Shown here piece by piece: positions 53,885-64,000 of a DNA stretch of 64,000 bases (position 1 is the first letter of the stretch; every line of letters starts with the position of its first letter). The notes under the pieces were generated by a model. The model was given only the letters and a program-made list of their open reading frames with translations. It had not been told where the DNA came from and ran no database searches. Source of the DNA: an uncultured Planctomycetota bacterium (GTDB taxonomy: Bacteria; Planctomycetota; Planctomycetia; Pirellulales; Lacipirellulaceae); assembly GCA_963719315.1 (NCBI GenBank), contig CAVRBU010000002.1, positions 224,001-288,000 of the forward strand. Direction: 5' to 3'. The position numbers and the translations under genes were made by a program.

Positions 53885-56310
53885 TGGCGAGTTGCATTAT
53901 TCAAGTTAGACAAGACAGTTGCCGAATCGATGGCCGCTTCGCGGTGATGCTCGCATTCGCGCTGATGTGCGCCTCCGTGGCAAACGTTGCCGTCGCACAA
54001 GGGCGGCGGTCCGGCAAGAGTCCAACGGCGGCGGCGCCCGTGGCGCAATTCAACGGCAACAAGATTCAGCTACCGACCAAGCGCCCGGTATCGCGGACCA
54101 GTGGTATGACCCTCTCGGTCGATCCGCGCTGGACGAACAGCTACGGCTACCGGCCGGTGGAAGTGACCATTTCGTCGCCCAAGGCTACGAAGGCCGATCA
54201 TTTGATCACGATCCAGTTGCACACGGGCTGGAAGCGCAGCATTAGCGCAGAGCAGGATTTCGAATTCTCAGCAGGCAGCACGAGTGCTACGACTACCATC
54301 GCCCTGCCCACCTACCAGGCGAACATGAACAACTACTTCTGGTGGGATGTCTGGGTCGACGGCCTCAAAGACAAGGATCTGTCGATCGACCGTGTGTCTT
54401 CCTTGTCGTGGATGGGCAGTCCGAACGGGAACGCCGCCAGTTTGACATTTCTCGTTGCGGGTTCGAGTTCGAGTCACCGTTCGTTGGTGGCCACGAACGC
54501 GATGGAGTTTGAGGTATTGGCGCTCGAACTCGCGAAGTTTCCGACGCGGTGGATCGACTACACGACGCTCGATGTCGTGTCGCTGTCGCTCCCCGAGGCC
54601 CAACAGTTGGCGCAACAGCAACCGGCGGCGTTCGAAGCCATCGGCCGGTGGGTTCGAGCAGGTGGACAACTGTGGATCAGCGAAGTTGGCGATGAGTTCG
54701 AAAATCTACCGGCGGTTTCCAAGTTTTTCAAGCTTTCTGAAAACCTCGAAGGGAGTGACGTTGATCTCACCACGGGCGACAGATCAGAAAAGTCGGACAG
54801 CACACACAGCGATGAGAAAGCGGCTGGCAAAGACACGAAATCCGACAGCCAGGTGGCGAGCGAGACCGATGCACTCCATGTTGCAAACGGCTGGCATCGA
54901 CTTCGCTTCCGACGAGGTGTTCCGGAAGGACAGGTCGTCACGTTCCTGGATACACGAACCGGGACCCGCCGAACGATTCGCGATCCGGAAGTGATCGCCC
55001 GCTTGCGGCAGGATCCAAACTTCGTTGCCACCGAGGAACGAACGGACTCGACGGGTGCAATGTTCGGGCCGGAGCGAAAGTTTCCCCCCGATTCGAGCGC
55101 CTGGTTTGTCCAGCAACAAATGGGGCTGGGCACGGTGCGGGCGTTTCGCGGCTGGAATGAAGTGGCAGACTTTGCGCAATCGCCGCCGACACCGAATCCG
55201 AACGCGGTCGCCAATTCCGATGCTCCCGACGAACTTCCGAGGGCGCTGGCCATGGGATTGCGGCGGACCGAGCGCTGGGACGCACGGCACGGCATGACGC
55301 CGGACAGCGCCAACGTGGAATTCGTCAAGTTCCTGGTTCCCGGCGTCGGTCTCGCGCCGGTCACCGAGTTCGAAATCCTGATAACGGTGTTCGTGTTGAT
55401 CATCGGACCGTTGAATTATTGGGCATTGAAGCGATTCAAGCGGTTGCATTTGATGGTGCTAACAGTTCCGTTGGCAGCCACGCTAACGACGTTGGCCCTG
55501 TTCGGGTACGCGATCGTGGCGGATGGGTTTGCGACGCGAGTTCGCGCTCAAAGCTACACCACGCTGGACCAGAAAACGGGCGAAGCCGCGTGTTGGACGC
55601 GATTGTCGTATTACTCCGGTTTGGCGCCTGGCAAGGGGCTCACGATGCCGGCGGATATGGTTCTATATCCCATTCAGCCAGGTTGGGCGGATAACGTCAA
55701 TATCTCCGAGGAGCGTGCGGTCGCCTGGAACGCCGGAGAAGCCCGACTGACGCGCGGCTGGCTGAATTCGCGAACGCCGACGCAGTATCTTACAGTGCGA
55801 TCGCGAAAATCACCCCATCGACTGGAAGTGTTGGATGGCGGCGACAAGGTTCGCGTTACGAATCAACTCGGGAGCAAGATCGAATCGCTGGTGGTTGTCA
55901 ACCAATCGGGCATTTTGTTTTTCGGTGAGGACATTGCCGATACGGCAACCGCGATGTTGCAACCCATCGAGCGGAAGGATGCCATCCGCCGCATCAGCAG
56001 GCTGATTTCGGATAGTCTGCCCCAGGCGCCGCCCGCGTTGGCTACGAATGATGCGGAACTGATGAGCTTGGTCGGACGCTCGCGTTACCGGCGGTACACC
56101 CGCTATGGCGTTCAATACAACGCCGCGCGATTGTCCGACAACTTGGCAGGCGATGCGATTGCGAATCTGGCCGGGTTGGCCGGCCAGCCGGCACTGGAAC
56201 TGCCGCCGCGGTCTTATGTGGCCATCACCGAGACGGGGCCGGAGGTCGAGACCGGCATATCGTACGCCAAGGAAGAGGACAGTTTTCATCTGATTGAAGG
56301 GAAGTGGTAG
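53881..56310 (+). CDS. Large membrane protein associated with an ABC exporter
   Basis: Signal peptide, WVRAGGQL region, TM pair FVLIIGPLNYW...TVP; upstream of ABC ATPase. Confidence 0.75.
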   Translation: MMASCIIQVRQDSCRIDGRFAVMLAFALMCASVANVAVAQGRRSGKSPTAAAPVAQFNGNKIQLPTKRPVSRTSGMTLSVDPRWTNSYGYRPVEVTISSPKATKADHLITIQLHTGWKRSISAEQDFEFSAGSTSATTTIALPTYQANMNNYFWWDVWVDGLKDKDLSIDRVSSLSWMGSPNGNAASLTFLVAGSSSSHRSLVATNAMEFEVLALELAKFPTRWIDYTTLDVVSLSLPEAQQLAQQQPAAFEAIGRWVRAGGQLWISEVGDEFENLPAVSKFFKLSENLEGSDVDLTTGDRSEKSDSTHSDEKAAGKDTKSDSQVASETDALHVANGWHRLRFRRGVPEGQVVTFLDTRTGTRRTIRDPEVIARLRQDPNFVATEERTDSTGAMFGPERKFPPDSSAWFVQQQMGLGTVRAFRGWNEVADFAQSPPTPNPNAVANSDAPDELPRALAMGLRRTERWDARHGMTPDSANVEFVKFLVPGVGLAPVTEFEILITVFVLIIGPLNYWALKRFKRLHLMVLTVPLAATLTTLALFGYAIVADGFATRVRAQSYTTLDQKTGEAACWTRLSYYSGLAPGKGLTMPADMVLYPIQPGWADNVNISEERAVAWNAGEARLTRGWLNSRTPTQYLTVRSRKSPHRLEVLDGGDKVRVTNQLGSKIESLVVVNQSGILFFGEDIADTATAMLQPIERKDAIRRISRLISDSLPQAPPALATNDAELMSLVGRSRYRRYTRYGVQYNAARLSDNLAGDAIANLAGLAGQPALELPPRSYVAITETGPEVETGISYAKEEDSFHLIEGKW

Positions 56311-56319
56311 ACGGAATTC

Positions 56320-57267
56320 ATGATTCACACGGCCACGCCACAAATCGAGCTGCGTCGCTTGCACCGTGTGTTCGATCAAACGCACGCGGTAAACGATGTT
56401 TCGTTCGAGGTGTACGCGGGCGAAGTGTTCGGATACATCGGGCCGAATGGCGCCGGCAAGACCACGAGCATGCGGATTCTCGCAACGCTCGACGAGCCGA
56501 CGGCGGGCGATGCGTTCATCGATGGATTTTCGGTCGTCGATGATCCGGACCGGGTCCGCCGCCGGCTGGGTTTTATGCCGGATTACTTCGGCACGTATCA
56601 AAACGTCAACGTCTTCGAATACTTGGATTTTTTCGCCCGGGCCTACGGGCTCGTGGGGAAGGAGCGGCTGAGCGCGATCGGCGAAGTGATGGAATTCACG
56701 CTTCTCAAGTCACTCGCACAAAAGCCGATCGACGGCCTTTCCAAGGGCATGAAGCAACGGTTGTGCCTCGGTCGCACGATGATTCACAACCCGTCTGTCC
56801 TCATACTCGATGAACCGGCGGCTGGGCTCGATCCGCGAGCCCGGATCGAGCTGCGCGAGATGATCGAACGATTGGCCGCGGCCGGCAAGGCGATTCTCAT
56901 CAGTTCGCACATTCTCACGGAGTTGGCCGAGATCAGCCATCGCGTGGCGATTATTGAGCAGGGCCGGTTGCTGGCCGTGGGCTCGGTCGCGGAAATTAGC
57001 GCGGTGGGGCAATCGCGCAGTACCGTTCACGTGCGCGTGCTGGATGGCGCGGAGCGGCTGCAAAACTGGCTAGCGGCGCGGAACGACATCTTCGATGTGA
57101 AGCTGGCCGGCGACCTGGCCGTCTTCGCGCATGCGGGCAACCGTGAATCCGAAGCCGGGCTGTTGAAGGAGATCATCGAGGCCGGGTATGCGGTCATTGA
57201 ATTCGGCGCTCAGCACAAGAGTTTGGAAGATGTCTTCTTGCACGTGACGGAGGGCCGTGTGCAGTGA
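56320..57267 (+). CDS. ABC transporter ATP-binding protein
   Basis: GPNGAGKTT, LSKGMKQR, LILDEP, ISSH. Confidence 0.95.
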   Translation: MIHTATPQIELRRLHRVFDQTHAVNDVSFEVYAGEVFGYIGPNGAGKTTSMRILATLDEPTAGDAFIDGFSVVDDPDRVRRRLGFMPDYFGTYQNVNVFEYLDFFARAYGLVGKERLSAIGEVMEFTLLKSLAQKPIDGLSKGMKQRLCLGRTMIHNPSVLILDEPAAGLDPRARIELREMIERLAAAGKAILISSHILTELAEISHRVAIIEQGRLLAVGSVAEISAVGQSRSTVHVRVLDGAERLQNWLAARNDIFDVKLAGDLAVFAHAGNRESEAGLLKEIIEAGYAVIEFGAQHKSLEDVFLHVTEGRVQ

Positions 57268-57269
57268 CA

Positions 57270-58965
57270 ATGGACGCAACCACACTCGAGGATTCAGGCA
57301 AATCGGCGACGCCCCTGCCCGATCCGGTCGATAGTTCGAGCGAGCAAACGCTGAGCCCCATCCGCGCGGGCCGAGTCGATGTGGCAGGCAGTCGACCGCT
57401 TCCTCGTCTACACCGGCGATTGGCTCAATCCGATTCTTGTCAAAGAGACGCGGCAGGCGCTCAAAAGTTCGCAATTCACGATCACGTTCGTATTGGTGCT
57501 CGTCGCGTGTTGGATCGCGACGATAGGCGTGGTGGTGTATATCGGGCCGCGGATTTACTATGCGGCTGACGGCGGCACGCTGCTCGCCTGGTACTTTGCG
57601 ATTCTGGCATTACCGTTGATTGTCGTCGTGCCTCTGGCGGCGTTTCGGTCACTGACGGCCGAGCGCGAAGACAATACCTACGATCTTCTCTCGATCACAT
57701 CGCTGAAACCGTGGCAAATCATTAGCGGCAAGCTGGGTAGCTCGATCGCCCAGATGGCCGTGTACTTCTCGGCGATCACACCGTGCCTGGCGTTCACCTA
57801 TTTGCTGCGCGGCGTCGACCTGCCGACGATCGCGGTGCTGTTGACCTACGCCTTCTTCTGGTCGCTGGGCCTGTCGATGATCGGCATCCTGTTGGCAACG
57901 CTCACGCCACAGCGGTTCGTTCAGGTGTTCATTCTGGTGGTGTTCGTGGCGGTACTCTTCGGGATGTTGTTCGGGGCGATCGAGATGAGCATCGTCGCGG
58001 CATTTTACGGGCGGGCTGCGATCTGGGGCGTGGGCGGCGAGTTTTGGATTCTTACTTCGGCGCTGGCGACGTTTTACATTACGTTTTTTGCTCTCGCATT
58101 CTTTGCCGCGGCTGGAATGATCACGTTTACGAGCGAAAACCGCTCGACGCCGCTGCGGATTTGCATGCTCGTGCAGCAAGCCGCGTTTGTCGGCTGGATG
58201 GCGTACTTCTGGATCCTCAGCGATTACAACGACGATGGATTGTTCGCGACATTGGTTGTGGCGGGAGCGTATTGGTATATCATGGGTACGCTGTTAACGG
58301 CGGAGCGTCCCGGCATGTCTCAGCGCGTAAGGCGGCGGTTGCCGCAGAGCTTCTTTGGCCGGATGTTCTTTTCCTGGCTCAATCCAGGCCCGGCAACCGG
58401 TTATATGTTTGCCGTTGCCAATGCGACGTTGATCGCCATACTTCTGTTCTTGGCCGCCGCAACCACGACGCTTTGGCCCATTGGTTCTACCAGCGGCTCA
58501 AACCACGTGACCGAGCTGCTGTATATGATCGTCATCGGCTGGGGATATTTTGTGGCTTACCTGGGCATTGGTCTGATCATGGTGAGCGCCCTGCGCCGAA
58601 TCGCCACGGTGACCATGCTCGCCAGCGTGCTAATCAACTTCCTGCTGCTCTTGGCGGGGTTCGGAATTCCTTACGCCATCAAGTCGATGTCGCTCCAAAT
58701 GCGAGATGCGGACTATTCGTTTCTGCAGATCACCGATCCGTTCTGCACGTTGTACTACGTGTCAGACACCGGCACGTACACCGACGCCAACGTGATCGGC
58801 TTGATCGTGCCATGTGTGGCCATTTGCGTATTGCTCATCAATATGCCGCGCGTGATTCGTGAGCTGCGCGTGGTTCGCGAATCGGCGCCGGCCCGCGTGA
58901 TTCAAGACGAGGCAGAGCTGCATCCGCCGCCAGAATCGCTGCCGCAGAGTCCGTGGGACGAGTGA
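57270..58965 (+). CDS. ABC transporter permease (probable frameshift near 57365, or start at 57379)
   Basis: NPILVKE.RQ, ERE..TYDLL.IT.L....I..GKL, many TM segments. Confidence 0.85.
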
Positions 58966-58988
58966 GGGTTCAGGGTTTAGGGTTCAGG
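58965..58988. repeat. Heptamer array AGGGTT(C/T), left flank of four-helix-bundle gene
   Basis: AGGGTTC AGGGTTT AGGGTTC AGG. Confidence 0.75.
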
Positions 58989-59010
58989 AAAGTCAATAGG
59001 AACGTGTTCG

Positions 59011-59430
59011 ATGGCTCAGTTCATGCGGGTCGAGGACTTGATTGTGTATCAGCGGTTTTGCGATTTGCATCTGGAAGTTTGCGCATTAACCAAGTCGTGG
59101 CCGGTCGACGAGAAGTATGAGTTGGGTTCGCAGGTTCGTCGGTCATCGAACAGTGCTGCTGCACAGATTGCGGAAAAGCACAGCGATCGCCACATAAGGA
59201 ATAAGATTGAGGGAACGAACCGAGCCCGAGGTGAGGCCTTGGAAACTGTACATCACCTCTACATTGCCACGAGAAAGAAATACATCTTGCAGAGTGACTT
59301 TGAATCCTATCGTTCGCGGTATCACGAATGCGTCAGAAAGCTCAACGGATTGGAGCGAAAACTCGAGAACCAGCTTGCACCGGATGCTCGTCGTTTTCCA
59401 GAACAGGATGCAAAATCAGCGTTTAGATGA
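59011..59430 (+). CDS. Four helix bundle protein (23S rRNA IVP / S23-like family)
   Basis: EDLIVYQ, P.DEKYELGSQVRRSSNS...IAE, ARGEA.E, KLNGL. Confidence 0.88.
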   Translation: MAQFMRVEDLIVYQRFCDLHLEVCALTKSWPVDEKYELGSQVRRSSNSAAAQIAEKHSDRHIRNKIEGTNRARGEALETVHHLYIATRKKYILQSDFESYRSRYHECVRKLNGLERKLENQLAPDARRFPEQDAKSAFR

Positions 59431-59441
59431 CTGCTCCCGAT

Positions 59442-59465
59442 CCCTGAACCCTATACCCTGAACCC
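59442..59465. repeat. Heptamer array CCCTGAA, right flank (inverted relative to left)
   Basis: CCCTGAA CCCTATA CCCTGAA CCC. Confidence 0.75.
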
Positions 59466-59945
59466 CTAATCAAGCGTTGCGGTCCAGCGATTGCGGCCGC
59501 GTTGCAATACTACGCTTGGCGGCTGAATTGAGATGACACGGACACCGTACTTCTCGCCGCCTTCGGGAACGGGCGAGATTACGCCGTCGATCGACAGTAC
59601 AGCACGGGGTTGATCGACGTTGATGAATCCCTTCAACTCGACCGTTTCGCCATGCTCATCGTCGCGGCGAACGGTGCTCTGAGCGCGCTTGGGAGCTTCG
59701 AACAGATCGAGTCGATCTGGAAACGGCGGCGTGAACACCGCGACCGTTGCCTTCGACACTTTCAAGTTTGCGAGATCGGGCGCCGGGGGAGCATTCTCAT
59801 TGGGCTCAGCTGGCGTCGCTACGGTCAGTGCCGGGGTGACGACGGCCGCAGCGCTTTCGGGTGTTGGTTCGACTTCGTGGTGGCAGCCAGTCACGAAGAC
59901 ACTCAGGATGAGCGGCAGAATGTATCGGCGCGTAAATAGGATCAT
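59466..59945 (-). CDS. Lipoprotein, PilP/GspC-like
   Basis: Lipobox VTGC, Pro-rich linker, LKGF..AVL.IDG...G....VISI.P.SVVL; downstream of a secretin. Confidence 0.6.
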   Translation of the reverse strand: MILFTRRYILPLILSVFVTGCHHEVEPTPESAAAVVTPALTVATPAEPNENAPPAPDLANLKVSKATVAVFTPPFPDRLDLFEAPKRAQSTVRRDDEHGETVELKGFINVDQPRAVLSIDGVISPVPEGGEKYGVRVISIQPPSVVLQRGRNRWTATLD

Positions 59946-60047
59946 GGGAGCAAGCCTCTCGTTAAAGTTAGCTTGCTATTGGGCTGGAGAGATGTGCATG
60001 TCAGGCTTACGCCTGACCTACCGAATGTGCTGCCTGTAGCGATCAGA

Positions 60048-62270
60048 CTAGCGGCGGACGGGGGTTGTCGCCGGAAGTTCGGCAGTGCGGAGTTGTTGGT
60101 CGCCGGCTGGAGCGGGCGCTGCCGTTGCTGGCACTGGGCCTTTGTAAAGCCGGGCAACCGTCACGCGGCCGATGTACGGAGAATTACCCGCGGGCAAGAC
60201 TGCCGGCAGGCGACGCAAGCGGCCATCGTCGACGAACGCGCGGACTTGCTCATTGCGACCGGCGACGCCGAATTGAAACTCGGCCGACGGGATTTGTGTA
60301 GCCGACATTGGCTCGGAAGATTCGACGTTCGCGGGAGCGGGCAGAGAATCGTCGGCGCCTTCGATAGGCAGATCAAGACCGTGGGATGTCGGGCCAGATC
60401 CTTTCATGCTACCCGTCGGAACAGGCTCATCGAGCGTGGGTGCCCCGCACGCAGAGTCGTAGGCGGGATTGCCGTCTGCTCCGAGCGGCAAGCGGCGGCA
60501 GCAGGGCGGGCAGCCTTCGGCTTGGGGAACCTGGTCCAGCCGGCAGCCGATCGTCTCGGCCGCCTGCAACTGGCGGCAGTTCGGCTCGTCGTCGTACGGA
60601 ATGATTTCCGGCATGATGAACACCACGAGCTCGCTCTCGCGGACTTCCGTATCGCGCGAGCGGAACAGCCGACCGACTAGTCTCAAGTCTTTGAGATACG
60701 GCACGCCGGTGAAATCGCCAACATCTTGCCGCTGGCGCAAGCCGCCGATGACGACCAGTTGGCGATTGGCCACGGTCAGCACGGTTGAGGCCGAGCTGGT
60801 ACTGATAATGGGTTGATTGTCGCCGGGCGTGAAGCCTGTGAGACGGCTCACCTCCGGTTTCACTTCCATGCGAATGATCCCGTCGGCGGCGATTTTGGGC
60901 CGCACATGCAGCGTAATGCCGGCTTTTTTGAAGGCCGTGGTGCCGATATCTCCGCCTTGCTGCGTTTGGGTAAGTTGCTGGTAGGGGATTTCCTGGACTT
61001 GCTCGATAATCGCGTCTTCGTTTTCGAGCACGGCCACATTGGGGTCGGCCAGCAGCCGGGCATCCTTGGCAGTTTGCAGACAGCGGGCGACCGCGGTGAG
61101 ATCGATGTTTCTGCTGAGATTCATGAACGTGAGTGTGTTCCCGGCCGCGCCGGCGGCAAACGGCACTTTTGTGATCGAATCGATATCGAGCGACGTTTGC
61201 GGATCGCCATTGGCGTCGATGCGGCCTTTGAACGTGGGATTCCAATTAATGCCGATCTGTTCGATATCCTGCAGGCTGATGTCGTACAACCAGGCGACAA
61301 TTCTCACCTGCGGGCGCGGATGGTCGATACGCTGCAAGACCTTCTCTATCATCGCTAAATTTTCAGCGTAATCGCTCACGAGCAAGCGGTCTTCTTTTTC
61401 CATCACCGCGACGCGGCCTTCTTTGCTTAGAACCGCCTGCAGCGCCTGCTCGGCGGTTTTGGCGGAAATGTGTTGTGTGCGGAAATATCCGACTTCGAGC
61501 GGCACGCCGCTGCGATTCTCCGCCGACGGAAAACGGCCATTGCCGGCGTTATCGAGGGTGGCGACGAACTCGCGAATCATCTTAACGCGATCTGGAAAAT
61601 CGAGCACCACGATGCTGTGGGCCGATTTCAGCGGGCGAACCTGACCCTTGGGGGTGATCAGAAGTTGTGCGCCCTGAACCACTTCTTCGATGTCGGCGTT
61701 TTGGACCGCTATCGTGGCCGATTGAAAGAACGGGTTGACCTGCCCCAGATCGGCGACCGAGCTGACCACCAGGCTTTTGCCGACGGCGCGGTAGTTATAG
61801 CCGTTGGAGAGCAGGATGGCGTCGAGGATTTCTCGCAGGGGTGCATGCTTGAAGACGCCGTTGACGTTTCCCTGCAAGTCGCAGGCGACGATGTTGATAT
61901 TCCACTGTTCGCCGATCGTGAATAGAGCCGCATTCAACGAAAGGCCGTGCAAGTTGAGGTCGCCCGGCCGCTCCAGCGCAGTGGCCAGATCGTCGCTCTC
62001 TTTGGGCGCAGCAGGAGGCGTCGCTGGAGTCTTTTGGGGGTCTGTTGCCTCGGTGTTTGACAGCGGTGGTGGCGCAGGCGGCTTGGGGCGCTTGGCAATG
62101 CTGGGAGATTCCGAGGTGAGTTCGGGCGGCTGAAGCGACGGCACCTGAGCGATCGCAATGGCTGGAATCATGAATACGGCAAGCGCCAATGCGAGCGCAG
62201 GGGGAGCGCAGCAGCATCGCGGCGACGCGGTGGGGCGTCGCATGCGGCTCGAAGCGCTCCGTCGTATCAT
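60048..62270 (-). CDS. Type II secretion / type IV pilus secretin (GspD/PilQ family)
   Basis: N domains, QVRI, LLADPNV, AGITLHVRP, VIGGL, GVPYLKDL..VGRLFR, ELVVFIMPEI. Confidence 0.9.
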   Translation of the reverse strand: MIRRSASSRMRRPTASPRCCCAPPALALALAVFMIPAIAIAQVPSLQPPELTSESPSIAKRPKPPAPPPLSNTEATDPQKTPATPPAAPKESDDLATALERPGDLNLHGLSLNAALFTIGEQWNINIVACDLQGNVNGVFKHAPLREILDAILLSNGYNYRAVGKSLVVSSVADLGQVNPFFQSATIAVQNADIEEVVQGAQLLITPKGQVRPLKSAHSIVVLDFPDRVKMIREFVATLDNAGNGRFPSAENRSGVPLEVGYFRTQHISAKTAEQALQAVLSKEGRVAVMEKEDRLLVSDYAENLAMIEKVLQRIDHPRPQVRIVAWLYDISLQDIEQIGINWNPTFKGRIDANGDPQTSLDIDSITKVPFAAGAAGNTLTFMNLSRNIDLTAVARCLQTAKDARLLADPNVAVLENEDAIIEQVQEIPYQQLTQTQQGGDIGTTAFKKAGITLHVRPKIAADGIIRMEVKPEVSRLTGFTPGDNQPIISTSSASTVLTVANRQLVVIGGLRQRQDVGDFTGVPYLKDLRLVGRLFRSRDTEVRESELVVFIMPEIIPYDDEPNCRQLQAAETIGCRLDQVPQAEGCPPCCRRLPLGADGNPAYDSACGAPTLDEPVPTGSMKGSGPTSHGLDLPIEGADDSLPAPANVESSEPMSATQIPSAEFQFGVAGRNEQVRAFVDDGRLRRLPAVLPAGNSPYIGRVTVARLYKGPVPATAAPAPAGDQQLRTAELPATTPVRR

Positions 62271-62424
62271 GTGTCCTCCATTGACACTCGGTGAGTCCAA
62301 TTGCAGCTTCGATTCCGTTGCAGACTGCCGATCGGATTGGCGCTCGCAGCGCGAGCTAAGGATGTTTCGGCTGCGGCGCCTTGTTTCCGCTTCGGGCTGA
62401 GATCAGGTGCATAAGACTACTACC

Positions 62425-63051
62425 CTATCCCTTGCGGGCCAGGGTGTAGTACCAAACTTCCATTTCCAATGTGAGAGCCTGCCGCGTCGGGCTCGAGGGG
62501 TACATCTCCAACGACTTGGTGTGCATCAACATTCCCGATGAGGCGACCTTCTCGACCATACTCCGTAAACTCGTGCTTGTGCCGCTGAGCGACAGGCTCA
62601 CGGGCCGCCATTCCAACTGGAAACTGGATTCACCAACAGCGGCAGGTGGTTTTTTATCGCTCACTGGGGCAGTCGGGTTTTCGCCCGGTTGCCACTCGCG
62701 AGAGGAAACTTCGCCGACGCTCAATTTGCGGATGCTGCAGCCGGTCTCCTTGGCCAGGTCCACGAGGGTGCTGCGTAACGCGGGAAGCGACTCATCATCA
62801 ACGGTTCGGGCCTCAAAAGCTTTTAGCTGAGCCGTCTTTTCGGAAACCCGTGTTTCAAACGCCTGAAGCTCCGCCGCGACATTTCGGGCAGAGTTTAGCT
62901 CTACGATCAAACTCTCCTGTTCGTCATGGCCCGCTCGTATGAGATCGACAAGCGGCAATATCAGCACAAGTCCTACAATAAACGTTCCGGCTATAACGAT
63001 TAGCTTGCGATGTTTGGATTCGCAAAATCGCCGTAGAGCTTGATCAATCAT
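62425..63051 (-). CDS. PilO/GspM-like protein
   Basis: N-terminal TM, coiled coil, ferredoxin-like C-terminus; between PilN-like gene and secretin. Confidence 0.65.
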   Translation of the reverse strand: MIDQALRRFCESKHRKLIVIAGTFIVGLVLILPLVDLIRAGHDEQESLIVELNSARNVAAELQAFETRVSEKTAQLKAFEARTVDDESLPALRSTLVDLAKETGCSIRKLSVGEVSSREWQPGENPTAPVSDKKPPAAVGESSFQLEWRPVSLSLSGTSTSLRSMVEKVASSGMLMHTKSLEMYPSSPTRQALTLEMEVWYYTLARKG

Positions 63052-64000
63052 GGCGAGCCTCCTCTTCGCTGTGATCCGCAAGGTTTGCCAAGGTGAGTTG
63101 CAGCGTGAAGTTTGTAGTCGGTCCGGTGGCGCTTTGGCCCACGCCGGTGCCTTCGAGGGCGATTTCCGAGATGCCGGGCACCTTCTTTAGATAGCCCACA
63201 AAGTCGTATACGCCGCCGTCGGTGTAGCTAGCACCGGTGAGCGACGCGGTCGTTCCATCGTGGAATGCTAGCCGATCGAGCCAGACGTCGTCCGGCATGC
63301 TCTGACCGATATGGTTAAGAATCTGCTGCCAATCGGGCTGCGGCAGTTGATTGTCGAGCGATTGGAGCTGCAAGAGCTTGTTTTCCGCGGCTCCCAATGT
63401 AAGACGCAATTCCGTAGCCCGCGTACAAGCGGGAGCCAGCGTGTCGAGTTCGCCGCGGATGGTCGCAAGCTCTCGCCATTGCTTCAAATGCACCAGCATT
63501 AGAGCGGCGGCAATCAGCATAACGGCCGCAATTGGCGCAAGGCTGCGGATCATGATCGGCCGCATCGGCTCGCGGAGTTGTGCCAGCGCCGTTTCGATCA
63601 GGTTCGGACCCTGCTTTTCGGTTGAATCGGAGTACAAAGCCAGGGCCGTGCCGAGCGTAGCTGCCAGGTCGGTGCCGGGCGTTTCAGCCGCGTGGCTCCA
63701 CGGCATGTCGATGTCGGCCGGTTCGAGCACATGTACCTGAAAACTCAGCAGCGCGCTGAATTTCTGGCGGGCTCGGGCAACGGCATCCACATCTCCGGCG
63801 AGGTAAACGTGGCGGAGCGGCGCATCCAAGTAGCTGTGATAACGCTCGATGTAACGTTGTAAGCGTGACAAATGCTGGGAAACGAGATCAGCGACATTGT
63901 CAGGGTTCGTGCGGCCGCCGGGGCGATAGTCGAGCAGTAAGCGGCCGCCATGGCAAACTCCTAGTTCGGCGACATCTTCGTCGAGCTGAATGATCAAGCA
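63044..64000 (-). CDS. PilM/PilN-like fusion protein (5'-truncated by window edge)
   Basis: VYLAG..ALG.AL, TM, coiled coil, MPDDVWLDRL, LTGAS....VYDFV..L. Confidence 0.7.
   Translation of the reverse strand, partial: CLIIQLDEDVAELGVCHGGRLLLDYRPGGRTNPDNVADLVSQHLSRLQRYIERYHSYLDAPLRHVYLAGDVDAVARARQKFSALLSFQVHVLEPADIDMPWSHAAETPGTDLAATLGTALALYSDSTEKQGPNLIETALAQLREPMRPIMIRSLAPIAAVMLIAAALMLVHLKQWRELATIRGELDTLAPACTRATELRLTLGAAENKLLQLQSLDNQLPQPDWQQILNHIGQSMPDDVWLDRLAFHDGTTASLTGASYTDGGVYDFVGYLKKVPGISEIALEGTGVGQSATGPTTNFTLQLTLANLADHSEEEARHD

Noticed and set aside
2323..57370. Genome decay / mass pseudogenisation
   Set aside because: Essential genes are affected, each break is one small indel with no accumulated stops, which fits assembly error
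59011..59430. Diversity-generating retroelement (Avd-like gene)
   Set aside because: No reverse transcriptase and no TR/VR pair seen in the window

Overview
GC-rich bacterial chromosome segment, most likely Planctomycetota (Pirellulales, Lacipirellulaceae-like). The assignment is inferred from DUF1559 prepilin-type genes, DUF1598, PEP-CTERM proteins with a GDYNxxGxVDAADY dockerin-like repeat, and 'RFSLR' membrane proteins. The backbone is housekeeping: TPR-exbB-exbD-exbD, xerD, acyltransferase, YhaM-like HD nuclease, prmC-prfA-rpmE, DUF1598, a sigma54 activator, ldcA, ndk, nfo, mntH-usp, GNAT plus an M16 peptidase pair, 5-oxoprolinase, cysK, lipA plus branched-chain 2-oxoacid dehydrogenase, HtrA, an ABC exporter and a T2SS/T4P secretin cluster. 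Most interesting: (1) a putative metal-responsive locus at 30.2-36.1 kb, where a His/Cys-rich leader ending in the ribosome-arrest motif RAPP precedes a long hairpin, two DUF1559 pilin-like genes, two HxH-bearing PEP-CTERM proteins, a His-rich lipoprotein and CbiX; (2) a 1.9-kb passenger-gene element at 10.08-11.99 kb with IS1-like GGTAGTG ends, a near-perfect 8-bp target duplication, a transposase stub and internal head-to-head end junctions; (3) a four-helix-bundle gene framed by inverted heptamer arrays; (4) a UmuC-like polymerase plus minimal SRAP cassette with a candidate SOS box; (5) many MITE/REP/short-repeat elements, some nested four deep and some inside coding regions. About 11 genes, including essential ones, carry 1-2 nt frameshifts, mostly next to GCGC, which points to systematic sequencing error rather than pseudogenes. 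No rRNA, intact tRNA or CRISPR array was seen. All family assignments come from motif recognition by eye, without database searches.
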